Positions 1-9,063 of a stretch of DNA of 64,000 nucleotides are shown one piece after another (the first letter of the stretch is position 1; each line of letters opens with the position of its first letter). Source of the stretch: Chloroflexota bacterium (GTDB lineage: Bacteria; Chloroflexota; UBA11872; VXOZ01); contig OZ244922.1 of assembly GCA_965221905.1 (NCBI GenBank), positions 3,382,956-3,446,955 on the forward strand. Direction: 5' to 3'. Below the pieces are notes generated by a model that was not told the origin of the DNA, made no database searches, and saw only the letters and a list, made by a program, of their open reading frames with translations. The position numbers were made by a program, and so were the translations under genes.

Positions 1-131
1 GCATCAATTGGATTGACGAATTTGTCAACGAATTAGTCAACACTTACAGGAATGACAAGAGAGAGCCGGCTCAATGTTACCGGTAGGAGGCATGGAGACT
101 GTGACAAAGCGTACTAAAGGCAATTCCTGCT

Positions 132-560
132 ATGCCGAAAGATAAGAAAGAGAGCGTCGAAGGGCCCTCGCCGCACATTCAGCACTACCGGCGCCTCGCC
201 TGGGCACTGATGCTCCTCTGGACCTTTGTCTGGGGCATTTTGGGTGTCGGTCCCTGGGTAGGTATTCCCGATCTCCCGCAGGATAGCCTCGCCGTACACC
301 TTATACCGGTGGGCATAGGGATTGCCGGCGGCCTAGCCACACGTCGTCATCCGGTTGCAGGCGGTGTGTATTGGCTGATCGCCGGGTTCTTACTCTCTTC
401 GCTGCTCGTGGTGCGCATGCAAAGCGTTGCGGACATGCTCATCTGGTGTCTCGCCGCTCTTCCCGCGCTCATCACGGGTGTCCTCCTCATCGTCAACCTA
501 ACGCCGGCAGAGCGCGCGGCACTGCTGTCTTCGACAAAATCGCAGAAACGCAAGCGCTGA
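132..560 (+). CDS. hypothetical small membrane protein (about 4 predicted TM helices)
   Basis: 142 aa ORF with several hydrophobic helices (LAWALMLLWTFVWGILGV, LIPVGIGIAGGLA, VYWLIAGFLLSSLLVV, LAALPALITGVLLIV); no overlapping better ORF; no recognisable family. Confidence 0.35.
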   Translation: MPKDKKESVEGPSPHIQHYRRLAWALMLLWTFVWGILGVGPWVGIPDLPQDSLAVHLIPVGIGIAGGLATRRHPVAGGVYWLIAGFLLSSLLVVRMQSVADMLIWCLAALPALITGVLLIVNLTPAERAALLSSTKSQKRKR

Positions 561-919
561 GAAGGGCACGGAGATCGCTGTCGTCGGTGCAAATTGGGAC
601 ACTTGACCGCTATGTACAGCGCGCGGTCAGGGTGGTCACTCCCGCGCACACGGGAATCCATCTTCTCTGCATCACGTCAGTTCGTCATCGCCTAGAAGAG
701 GGACAAGCCCCCGCGTTACGTAACTCCGCCGATAGGGGTGCAGGTTTGAAACCTGCATCTACCCGGACTAGAGACGAATTAAGGGGTTGCCCAGCCTTTC
801 ATTTCCCGTCTTCCACACACTGCATAGAGACTTTGCTCTTTCAGGCACAGGGAACCGCGGCGGGTATTGCCGAGAAAAGCACTCAGGGTTGCAACTAGCG
901 CCCTTCAGCAAGAAGCCGG

Positions 920-2740
920 CTATTCGAGCGATGACTCTTGTGTTGCCGGAGAGGCAGAAGGGGCGGGAAAATTCGTCGGCTCTACTATACCTAAGCGTCT
1001 TAGGCGATTGCTGGCTGACGCTATCACGTTTTCCATCCAGCCTGGATCGATTGGGATTACGGCGGGATCATCGCGGTGTTGGTACACCCACTGCAGCACA
1101 AAGTGGCGAATCGTATCCGCTGACGCCGCGCTATCGGGCAGCGAGAGGTAGTGAGCAAAGAATGATTCGAGCTTCTCTTCGCATACCGCTTCTGAAGCCG
1201 GCCCCAGCGTCTCCTGCCCCAAAATCTGGCCGTTGCGAACGAAGAAGAGATGCACCTTGCCCGGTGGATCTGCCGGATAGATCAGCAGGATGGTGTGTCC
1301 GGCGAATCCTCCTGATATCGGGCGGTGGTGCGCCCGGAGACGGCGCAGAATCTGCGGAACCGCGTCGGTTGCCGGCAGTCCCCGCTCTTGCCAATGACTC
1401 AAAACTGCGTCCGGCCCCTCGGATAAGAACTGAAACACGAGGTTCGCCTGGTCTTGTGGCCAAAGGTCTGCCGTAACATCCAGTAGTCGGCGTGCCACGC
1501 GGGCATTCCAGCTAGCCGCCGCGCGGTTGCTGTATGGCCCAAAATACGCTGAATCATCCGGCCGCAACCGACTGCTCGTCCGTACTTTGATGCCCGCTTC
1601 CTGGCTGCGCCAAACCCGGACGTACGGCTGCATGGGGCGATACTGCTGTTGCACGTTGTAGACCGGCTGCAGTTCCTGGATCATCCGCGCTTCGCGGAGC
1701 AGGGCTTCAAACTCGGAGCCGGTGACTTCCACGTCAATGCGGTCAAGCCGCTCTATCAGGCCGTCGAAGAGTCGATCGGGGTCCGAGAGGTGACTGCGCA
1801 CCCTGCGCTGGAGCGACTTGGACTTGCCTACATAGAGCACAGCGCCCTCGCTATCGCGAAAGGTGTAGATGCCGGGAAGCGCGGGAAGAAGCCGCACTTG
1901 CGCTTGCAGTGCCGTGCGGTGGGCGGGCAGGCGTTTCCCCTGGCCGTCCAACCACGCCAAGAACGACTGCATGCTTGTGCTGTGCTCGGCGGGAACCCGG
2001 TCGAGCAATCTGGCAAAGCACTGTGCGGTCACGCGCGCGTCGATGAGGGCTCGGTGTTTTGGCGCATCGTTCAGACCGAAATGCCGCGCCAAGCGTTCCA
2101 GGCTTGGCCTCTTCAATTCCGGAGTGAGCCGCGTGCTGAGAAGCACGGTGTCTATAGTGGCGTTTGTAAGCGGTCGGCGTTTTGTCCACAGCGCCTCATT
2201 GCGCAAGAAGCTGAGGTCCGAGGCAATATTGTGACCCACGACCGGTACGTGGGCGACAAAGGCATAGAAATCGTCGAGCACCGGCCCGGCCGGCGGCGCA
2301 TCGATTAGCATGTCGTCGCTAATACCGGTGAGCTGCCAGATGCGCTTGCCCACCGGTTGTCCGGGGTTAACCAGAGAGTTGAAACGTGCGATTTCCTCAC
2401 CGTTGCAGACCCGCACGGCGCCAAGTTCGATGATGCGGTGGCGGCCCGCAATGCCGCCGGTGGTCTCGACGTCCAGTACTACGAATACCTGGGAAGCAAG
2501 CAGCTCTTCAGCATTCTGCTGCCATTGCTCCAAACCCCAAAGCCCCACGGCACTTTGGGTAAAGCGGCCGTCGGCGATAAGCCTCTCTTCAACGAGGTGC
2601 AGCAAGGCGGCGGGGAGTTCACCATTCATCTGCATTGCGGCACGCGCAAGCGCCGCAATACTCATATCGCTGCCGCTCTGCTCCAAGATTAAATAGGCTC
2701 GTTGGACGAGAACCTGGCGTTCGAATGCTGGGAGTGCCAT
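920..2740 (-). CDS. DnaQ-like 3'-5' exonuclease (DEDDh) fused to GIY-YIG nuclease domain; Cho/UvrC-like excinuclease
   Basis: Exo motifs VVLDVETTGG (Exo I), VVGHNIASDLSFL (Exo II), HRALIDARVTAQ (Exo III, H-x4-D); GIY-YIG motif GIYTFRDSEGAVLYVGKSKSLQRRVRSH; 606 aa with an extra C-terminal region of about 270 aa. Confidence 0.8.
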   Translation of the reverse strand: MALPAFERQVLVQRAYLILEQSGSDMSIAALARAAMQMNGELPAALLHLVEERLIADGRFTQSAVGLWGLEQWQQNAEELLASQVFVVLDVETTGGIAGRHRIIELGAVRVCNGEEIARFNSLVNPGQPVGKRIWQLTGISDDMLIDAPPAGPVLDDFYAFVAHVPVVGHNIASDLSFLRNEALWTKRRPLTNATIDTVLLSTRLTPELKRPSLERLARHFGLNDAPKHRALIDARVTAQCFARLLDRVPAEHSTSMQSFLAWLDGQGKRLPAHRTALQAQVRLLPALPGIYTFRDSEGAVLYVGKSKSLQRRVRSHLSDPDRLFDGLIERLDRIDVEVTGSEFEALLREARMIQELQPVYNVQQQYRPMQPYVRVWRSQEAGIKVRTSSRLRPDDSAYFGPYSNRAAASWNARVARRLLDVTADLWPQDQANLVFQFLSEGPDAVLSHWQERGLPATDAVPQILRRLRAHHRPISGGFAGHTILLIYPADPPGKVHLFFVRNGQILGQETLGPASEAVCEEKLESFFAHYLSLPDSAASADTIRHFVLQWVYQHRDDPAVIPIDPGWMENVIASASNRLRRLGIVEPTNFPAPSASPATQESSLE

Positions 2741-2786
2741 TGCGCGAAAACCAAAACTGTAGGGGTGCTAGTACGAACCAACTACG

Positions 2787-3926
2787 TCATGCTTGTTCCG
2801 ACAGCGTGATACCCGTTTGGGCGGAGAGTTGCCTGAGATCGGCGAGCACGGCCGAGTCAATTGGCACGCCGTTTGCTCGGCGGTCTTGCAAGTGTTCCGC
2901 TTCGATCTCGCCGGGCAGAGCAATCCGGTCGAATCCCGGTGCCAGCGGCAGCCCACGCATCTCCATCAATAGGGCCTCCAGCCGTTCCTTGAATGACTCG
3001 ATTTCCACGAATGCCGCAATGTCAATTGCAATGAAGAGGTGCGCCACGTCGGCGGGCCGGCTCATATCGCTAAAGAACCCTGCGGAATGCACACCCAAAG
3101 TCGCGCCGGTGAGCAGTGACGTGAAAATCTCGATCATCAGGGCGAGACCGGAGCCCTTGTAGTCTGCCAACGGGCGCGCTCCGCCCTGCCTGGCCAGTGT
3201 GGGATCAGTCGTGGGCAGGCCGTCAGGCCCGACTGCCCATGTGTCGGGAATAGACTGTCCCCGCTTCTCAGCCAAGACCACGTGCCCCATGGCCACAACA
3301 CTTGTCGCCATATCCAGAATGAGCGGTTCGTTGTGGGTTGGCGCGCCAAAGCAGATGGGGTTAGTGCCCAGGAATTTCTTTGCCGCGCCCCAAGGCACCA
3401 TGGCCGGGCTCGAATTCGTCGTAACAATGCCGAGGCATCCGGCATCGGCCATTTGCAGCGCGTAATCGGCCGCCATACCGAAGTGGTTGCTATTGCGAAC
3501 GCCTACGGTGGCAATGCCCTGATCTCCGGCGAGCCGAATCGCCAGTTGCGTAGCATATGTGCTCACCGGCACGCCTAGCCCGTTATCACCGTTCACCAGG
3601 GCAGAGGCGGCGCGTTGGCGCTCGACGTGGATGTTCGCGCCGGCGTTCACGACACCGTTGCGGATGCGCTGCGCCAGCGCGGAGAGGCGTGTGATACCGT
3701 GGGTTTCGACACCACGGAGGTCGCACAGCACAAGGTGGCGGGCCGACTGCGCCGCATGCTCCAGCGGGATGCCCGCATGCATGAGCACCTCGCACGCGAA
3801 TTGCTCCAGCCGTGGCGCGGGAATGCGCTGCGCAGCGGCAGGTGAAGCGTGCGGCGTGTTCCCGCCTATTCTAGGCGTGTTCCCGCCTTTGCTCGGAGTG
3901 CTGGCGCCTTCGCTAGGCGCGCTCAC
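2787..3926 (-). CDS. Ldh_2 family malate/L-lactate (ureidoglycolate/sulfolactate-type) dehydrogenase
   Basis: LRGVETHGITRL, VRNSNHFG, TTNSSPAMVPWG, FLGTNPICFGAPT and PTTDP are typical Ldh_2 (YbiC/AllD/ComC) blocks; N-terminus is low complexity and overlies short direct DNA repeats (GGCGTGTTCCCGCCT x2), so the true start is uncertain; overlaps the stop of the upstream gene by 4 nt. Confidence 0.8.
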   Translation of the reverse strand: MSAPSEGASTPSKGGNTPRIGGNTPHASPAAAQRIPAPRLEQFACEVLMHAGIPLEHAAQSARHLVLCDLRGVETHGITRLSALAQRIRNGVVNAGANIHVERQRAASALVNGDNGLGVPVSTYATQLAIRLAGDQGIATVGVRNSNHFGMAADYALQMADAGCLGIVTTNSSPAMVPWGAAKKFLGTNPICFGAPTHNEPLILDMATSVVAMGHVVLAEKRGQSIPDTWAVGPDGLPTTDPTLARQGGARPLADYKGSGLALMIEIFTSLLTGATLGVHSAGFFSDMSRPADVAHLFIAIDIAAFVEIESFKERLEALLMEMRGLPLAPGFDRIALPGEIEAEHLQDRRANGVPIDSAVLADLRQLSAQTGITLSEQA

Positions 3927-4813
3927 GCCTTTGCTACCTCTACCTTGGCAAGCTCTTCCAGCGGCTTGACCACGGCCGTCTGGTCTTCGTCGGCCAGTCC
4001 CTGCGCGATTGCCTCTTCATAGACGAGTTGCGTGAGGTTGCTGATAAGCAGCCGTACGCTGGCCTGCTGACCGAGCTGGGTGGCCAGACGCAAGTCTTTC
4101 ACGAGGAGCTTGATGGCGAAGGCCGGGTCAAAATTGCGTTTCAGAATGAAGTCCGGCATTGCGCGGTGCAGCATGCGGCTGTCGCCCATGGCGGTGCCGA
4201 GCACTTTGTAAGACACTTCGGGATCTACCCCGTTCTTGGCCCCCAGCACCATTGCTTCCGCAATGCCCGCCAGATTGATGCCCACGAGCAGTTGGTTCTG
4301 GAGCTTTACCACCGAGCCGGCGCCAAGGGGCCCGACGTGGAATATGTTCTCGCCCATAGCCTGAAACAGTGTCTCCGCTTTAGCAAATGCGTCAGCCTCG
4401 CCGCCGGCCATGATCGCAAGCGTACCGGCCTCAGCTCCCATGGGGCCGCCGCTGATGGGGGCATCGATGAATTGGACCTGCTTTTCTGCCAGCGTGGCAC
4501 CCACGCGCTGGGCCGTTGCCGGGTCAATAGTGCTGTGGTCTACGAAGACTTGTCCCGGTCGCGATCCGTGGATAGCGCCGGCATCTCCTAAGAAGACTTC
4601 CTCGACGTCTTCCGGCATCGAGATGCAGGAGAGCACGAAGTCTGCCTGCTCTGCCGCTTCTCGGGGGCTCTCCACGAGTGTGCCGCCGGCGGTGACGAAC
4701 GCTTCCGCTTTGCTGCGCGTGCGGTTATAGACATAGACGTCATGGTCTGCCTTGCGGAGGTTGACCGCCATATGCATACCCATTGTGCCGAGACCGATAA
4801 AGGCAACCTTCAT
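3923..4813 (-). CDS. NAD-binding 3-hydroxyisobutyrate dehydrogenase / 2-hydroxy-3-oxopropionate reductase family
   Basis: MKVAFIGLGTMGMHMAVNL Rossmann motif plus 6PGDH-like C-terminal domain; 4-nt overlaps with both neighbours, so an operon. Confidence 0.85.
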   Translation of the reverse strand: MKVAFIGLGTMGMHMAVNLRKADHDVYVYNRTRSKAEAFVTAGGTLVESPREAAEQADFVLSCISMPEDVEEVFLGDAGAIHGSRPGQVFVDHSTIDPATAQRVGATLAEKQVQFIDAPISGGPMGAEAGTLAIMAGGEADAFAKAETLFQAMGENIFHVGPLGAGSVVKLQNQLLVGINLAGIAEAMVLGAKNGVDPEVSYKVLGTAMGDSRMLHRAMPDFILKRNFDPAFAIKLLVKDLRLATQLGQQASVRLLISNLTQLVYEEAIAQGLADEDQTAVVKPLEELAKVEVAKA

Positions 4814-5400
4814 TTCACATGTAGCTCCTCTTGTGTTGTTTGTGTTTTGGAATTTTGTGACCGGGCGCTATTCACGTCCCGTATTTTGCGAATACCGCTA
4901 TACACGTACTCCGCTCCGGAGTAGACCGTCAGGATCAAGGCAAGCCAGAGGAGTATATCACTCACGAGGCTCTGCCAAAGGATGAGGACGAGGAGGGCGA
5001 TAAAGGTGACGGCAGTCTTGAGCTTGCCGGCGCGACCCGCCGGTATTGAGACGCCCTTTTCCGCTGCCTGCACTCGCAGGCCGGTTACCGCCATCTCGCG
5101 ACTAACGACCACCGCCGCCCACCAGCCCGGTAAAAGTCCTACCTGCACGAGCGCGATCAATACCACTGTAACGAGGATTTTGTCGGCTACCAAGTCGAGC
5201 GATGCCCCAACCGCTGAGACGGTATCGCTGCGGCGAGCCACGAAGCCATCGAGCCAATCCGTTGCCGCCGCTACCGCGAGCAATGCTGCTGCCAGCCAAT
5301 ACAACTCCGTCTTGCCCTCGCCCCAGATGACAAGAAACATGATGAGGGGGGCAAGCACTATGCGCACGAGTGTCAACTGGTTGGCAATGCCAACGGGCAT
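4810..5400 (-). CDS. pgsA: CDP-diacylglycerol--glycerol-3-phosphate 3-phosphatidyltransferase (CDP-alcohol phosphatidyltransferase)
   Basis: NQLTLVRIVLAP N-terminus and CDP-OH transferase motif DWLDGFVARR...GASLDLVADKILV; conserved linkage downstream of a rodZ-like gene, as in Bacillus ymfM-pgsA. Confidence 0.85.
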   Translation of the reverse strand: MPVGIANQLTLVRIVLAPLIMFLVIWGEGKTELYWLAAALLAVAAATDWLDGFVARRSDTVSAVGASLDLVADKILVTVVLIALVQVGLLPGWWAAVVVSREMAVTGLRVQAAEKGVSIPAGRAGKLKTAVTFIALLVLILWQSLVSDILLWLALILTVYSGAEYVYSGIRKIRDVNSARSQNSKTQTTQEELHVK

Positions 5401-5959
5401 GAAGAAATCCTCTAGCAGTGCGGCACTCTGCCGCTCGCCGCATGGTTCTATCCTGGCTTCTCACGATACCGCTATTGAGGCGGCACGGCAACCCCGCGAG
5501 TGGGCGTGAGCGATCAGCGGCGCGTGTTTGGGCAACCGATAAGTCGCCAGGGCTCGGAATTCGCAACATCTCCGCACTGGCGCCAACCCGGTCGGCACGG
5601 CAAGCGCAAGGGGTGCAGGAGTTTCTTACTCACACACTTCGTAGGCAGGAGGCAATTTGGCTTTTGCTTATTCTCCGGTACCGGAGACACGGATTGGGAC
5701 GATTTCGCGAGCGAACGCTACTGGCACCGGCAAGGGAACTCGGCAAGTCAGCACTCTCGGTCCAATAGATGCGCTGAACGGTTCGGAACATAGATGTGCA
5801 GAATGCGGACGGCGTCAGCATGACAACGCCATTTGTCTATATGAGCGAGCAATGTCTAGCGGCGCGTGCGCTTCTCATCCATTCCTGCCCGCATCACCGT
5901 GCCAGTCTGCTCGAAACTCGCAGTCATCCTTTTGCCAGGCGCTCTCTGACGCGCGGCCG

Positions 5960-6808
5960 CTATGGCGAGTATGGAACTAGCGTATCATTTATTCTGACGG
6001 TGAATTCTATTTCCCCATCTTCGGTCTCAACCGCCTCAAACAGCACCGGGTCTTCGCTTTCTACCAATGGAGCAAGGTCCTGCTCGTTTACGGAGATTTC
6101 AACGCCGCCGGTGCGCCCAAAGAGTATGCCAATACCCTCCTCGGCGTTCCATGTCAGCGGATCCGTTCCCTGATCGGTTTCCGGCCCGATTATACCTACG
6201 AAGACGATAATGGCGTCGACGGTTACTTGGACCCAGACCTCCTGGTTTGTCGACCGCAGTGTTAAGTTAACTCCGGTGATGGGGCTGGGCGTTGGCAAAG
6301 GTGTCGGCGACGGGGTAGGAACCGGGGACGGGGTAACGAGCGGCGGTAGCTCGATCGACTGCTTCTCAGTGCTCGTTGGTGCCGCTTCGGTCTCATTCTC
6401 CGAGGCCACAGGCGCCGGCCCTGCCGACAAGAACTCCTGCCAGACGAAATTAAGGATTATGCCAAGCGCAATTACGAGCACTATCGACCACAAGAGTTTG
6501 GAACTGAATATAGATGAATGTCGGCCCGGTTCATCCTGCGGGGCTGCAATTGAAAACTCGGTGCCTGCACGCTGTTGGTGGTCGAACTCTTCCAGAATCT
6601 CTTCTGGAATCAGTCCCAGGTACCGGGCGTAATTGAGCAGGAAGCCACGCGTGTAGACGGCTGCAGGAAGCGTATCGAAATCGTCATTTTCCAACGACTG
6701 CAAGGCAGAGCGGCGGATGCGCGTGGCCGCGGCAGCCTCTTCAAGCGAGACGCCTTTGGCTAAACGCGCCGCGCGCAGCCTATCGCCTAATCGCCGCGGC
6801 TCTTCCAT
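5960..6808 (-). CDS. rodZ: RodZ-like cytoskeleton protein (N-terminal XRE HTH, one TM, Pro/Thr-rich linker, C-terminal domain)
   Basis: HTH LGDRLRAARLAKGVSLEEAAAATRIRRSALQSLEND, TM LLWSIVLVIALGIILNFVW, linker PSPVPTPSPTPLPTPSP; position upstream of pgsA. Confidence 0.7.
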   Translation of the reverse strand: MEEPRRLGDRLRAARLAKGVSLEEAAAATRIRRSALQSLENDDFDTLPAAVYTRGFLLNYARYLGLIPEEILEEFDHQQRAGTEFSIAAPQDEPGRHSSIFSSKLLWSIVLVIALGIILNFVWQEFLSAGPAPVASENETEAAPTSTEKQSIELPPLVTPSPVPTPSPTPLPTPSPITGVNLTLRSTNQEVWVQVTVDAIIVFVGIIGPETDQGTDPLTWNAEEGIGILFGRTGGVEISVNEQDLAPLVESEDPVLFEAVETEDGEIEFTVRINDTLVPYSP

Positions 6809-7557
6809 GAACTTGCTCCACTATGGACCGGAAGCGCGCGCAACCGAGGTTCAGTTGCAGCGCTTTCGCTCCTATCGCCTAAGGATCATCAAGCCCTAGG
6901 ACGATTCGTACCTTCCCCATCTTTATTGTACGAAATCTAGCCACTCTATGAACTTGCTCTCTGGCCTCAAAGTCGAAAAAACCGCAGGAACCACTACCCT
7001 TGCAACGCTGCACGGCGCCGGTTTTGAATCCCGGCCCAGCAACTCGTCCGCAATGGAAGGAGGCGTAACCGATGTGCCGAAAGCCTCCAAATTCTACATA
7101 AGGCACAAAACGGTATAATTTCAAAGGGTCCTGGAAAGTCCGAACGCCTGGCATCTGCCTCACTCAACTGCGCCGCACGTGATACCTCTAACGGCAAGAT
7201 ATCCTTATGGAGTTTTGCAACGTGCTGCCTCACAAAAGGATAGCAGACTTTTACAACTGTTGCGTAGGAATCGCCCTGTAGCCTAGCGAGCATGTAACGG
7301 CCCTGCCGCAGGCCGGGAGGTAGTGTGGTTTGAAAGTATCCCACTTCTTCGATCCTAGCGGACTCACACAGCGCCACTTGTTAAATCATCAGGAACTAGC
7401 AGCGCGCCCATGAATAAACGTCGGCCCCATTGTTTCGACTTAGGTTCTTAATGGCATTCACACGTACAGGACACTTAACGAGCGCGCAGTTGATTTTTCT
7501 TTCTATTGCAATATTACCGTATATTACTTAGAGAAACGTGAAAAGGAGTGCGGCACT

Positions 7558-8406
7558 ATGGGCCCAATAGTTGACACCTGGATGCAACTTCCCACAGAGA
7601 AACTGCAGCGGGAAGCGAAGGTGCCCGTGCGCATCGTGCCTGACCGCCCGGCCCTCTACGCTGCCTTTGCCCGCGAAATTGCCGACGAGATAAAGGCCCA
7701 TAACGCCGCCGGAAAGCCGACAGTCCTCATCTTGCCCGTGGGGCCGATCGGCCAGTTCTCGGTGCTTGCCGATATCTGCAACCGCGAGCGTATCTCATGG
7801 CACAATGTATGGACGTTCAACATGGACGAGTATTGTGATTGGGAAGGGCGCTCGATTCCGCTCGACCATCCGCTAAGCTTCGAGGGGTACATGCGCGGAA
7901 AATTCTTTGCACGGCTCGACCCCGACTTGCGCATACCGGACGACCATGTTTTCTTTCCACGCATCGAGCGCATCGACGAGGTAAGTAATACCATCGCCGG
8001 GCTCGGCGGCGTGGACTCCTGCTACGGCGGGATCGGCATCCACGGCCACGTGGCCTTCAATGAGCCGCCCATCAGCCGCTTCTACCAGGTCACGCTGGAG
8101 GAATTTCGCCAATCGCGCACCCGCGTCCTGCCCCTGGCCCCGGAGACGATGGTGATGAATTCCATCCGCCGCATGGGCGGCAACTTCTATACCTTCCCAC
8201 CCATGGCAATTACTCTCGGCATGAAGGACATCCTGGAGTCGCGCCGCATCCGCCTCTACTGCGACGGCGGCGACTGGCAGAAAGCCATCCTGCGCATCTC
8301 CCTGCTCGGCGAGGTCTCCACCCACTACCCGGTCACGCTGCTCCAAGAACACCCGGACGCCCTAATCACCGCCGACGCCGAGACTGCTGCTCCGCTGGCA
8401 ATCTAG
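7558..8406 (+). CDS. glucosamine-6-phosphate deaminase/isomerase family protein (NagB/6-phosphogluconolactonase superfamily)
   Basis: VLILPVGPIG, WTFNMDEY (cf. NagB TFNMDEY), GIGIHGHVAFNEP (cf. GVGNDGHIAFNEP); RBS-like AAAGGAG upstream. Confidence 0.8.
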   Translation: MGPIVDTWMQLPTEKLQREAKVPVRIVPDRPALYAAFAREIADEIKAHNAAGKPTVLILPVGPIGQFSVLADICNRERISWHNVWTFNMDEYCDWEGRSIPLDHPLSFEGYMRGKFFARLDPDLRIPDDHVFFPRIERIDEVSNTIAGLGGVDSCYGGIGIHGHVAFNEPPISRFYQVTLEEFRQSRTRVLPLAPETMVMNSIRRMGGNFYTFPPMAITLGMKDILESRRIRLYCDGGDWQKAILRISLLGEVSTHYPVTLLQEHPDALITADAETAAPLAI

Positions 8407-8445
8407 GGTGTGTCTGCGCCGCGTACTAAACTGGTCTGGTGGCAG

Positions 8446-9063
8446 CTATTGTCCGCTTATCCTTTCAAGCTCATTGAGAAAGCGGGCCGCGTAGGGAGAC
8501 TTACAGCGCACCTTTACTGGATTTAGTTCTGCTAGTATTTCGAAACTGTGTTTACCCTTGTTTTTGTAATACCCGCCTTTCTTAGTATCGCGAGTAGCCT
8601 GCTCTAATCTATTCTCGATGTCTCGTTTAGAAACTTGCTCAATTCTCTGATTCTTTGGAAGCACGTCTATGCGGAAGTCCTTGCCATAATACGACTTGAG
8701 CGCTTCCGGATCTGCCAGAAGCCAGGATTCCATCACTTGCACCATCAAATGACATTGATGATCGGTTGCAACTCTAGGACGATTCCAGTTGTCAGGTGCT
8801 TCTTTCAGATGTTGCCATGGCTTGGCTCTTGTTGCCGGTGCCTTTACTGGTCTCTCGGCATCAACTAGCAGAAATGCAACGCAGTCCCTATCAGCGAGAC
8901 CAGCCTTGAAGTCTTCAAGAGCGTCCGTGCGTCTGCCACACGGAACAATCTCAAACTTTCTTCCGTCTAATCCAGCTTCCTCAAGAAACTTCCGAAAACT
9001 TCTGCGACACGTCGGGTTCAGCGCCTTGCTACCGCCACCTTCTACGAAAACTCGGACTTTCAC
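8446..9063 (-). CDS. DUF4276-like protein (putative TOPRIM-like nuclease partner of the AAA ATPase)
   Basis: N-terminal VRVFVEGGGS resembles the hVEGxTE opening of DUF4276/OLD-type TOPRIM; central MVQVMESWLLAD block; likely starts at a GTG (V12 of the ORF), immediately after the stop of the upstream ATPase; region visibly lower in GC. Confidence 0.5.
   Translation of the reverse strand: MKVRVFVEGGGSKALNPTCRRSFRKFLEEAGLDGRKFEIVPCGRRTDALEDFKAGLADRDCVAFLLVDAERPVKAPATRAKPWQHLKEAPDNWNRPRVATDHQCHLMVQVMESWLLADPEALKSYYGKDFRIDVLPKNQRIEQVSKRDIENRLEQATRDTKKGGYYKNKGKHSFEILAELNPVKVRCKSPYAARFLNELERISGQ

Noticed and set aside
371-1476. Plus-strand ORFs 371..898, 787..1476, 867..1151
   Set aside because: They run through REP elements (families A and C at 640-730) and antisense to the exonuclease/GIY-YIG gene. 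Their compositions are typical of out-of-frame high-GC translation.
1649-2696. Long antisense ORFs inside the exonuclease/GIY-YIG gene (1649..2308, 2310..2696, 2357..2692)
   Set aside because: They are antisense to a gene with clear conserved motifs. High GC suppresses stop codons.
7120-7150. RNase P RNA CR-I-like motif (CTGGAAAGTCCGAAC) in the 750-bp lower-GC divergent region between the rodZ-like and nagB-like genes; also two overlapping minus-strand ORFs (6879..7163, 6994..7377)
   Set aside because: No complementary P4 strand or other conserved RNase P blocks were found. The two ORFs are in different frames, overlap each other and match no family. This is left as an unexplained AT-richer spacer.
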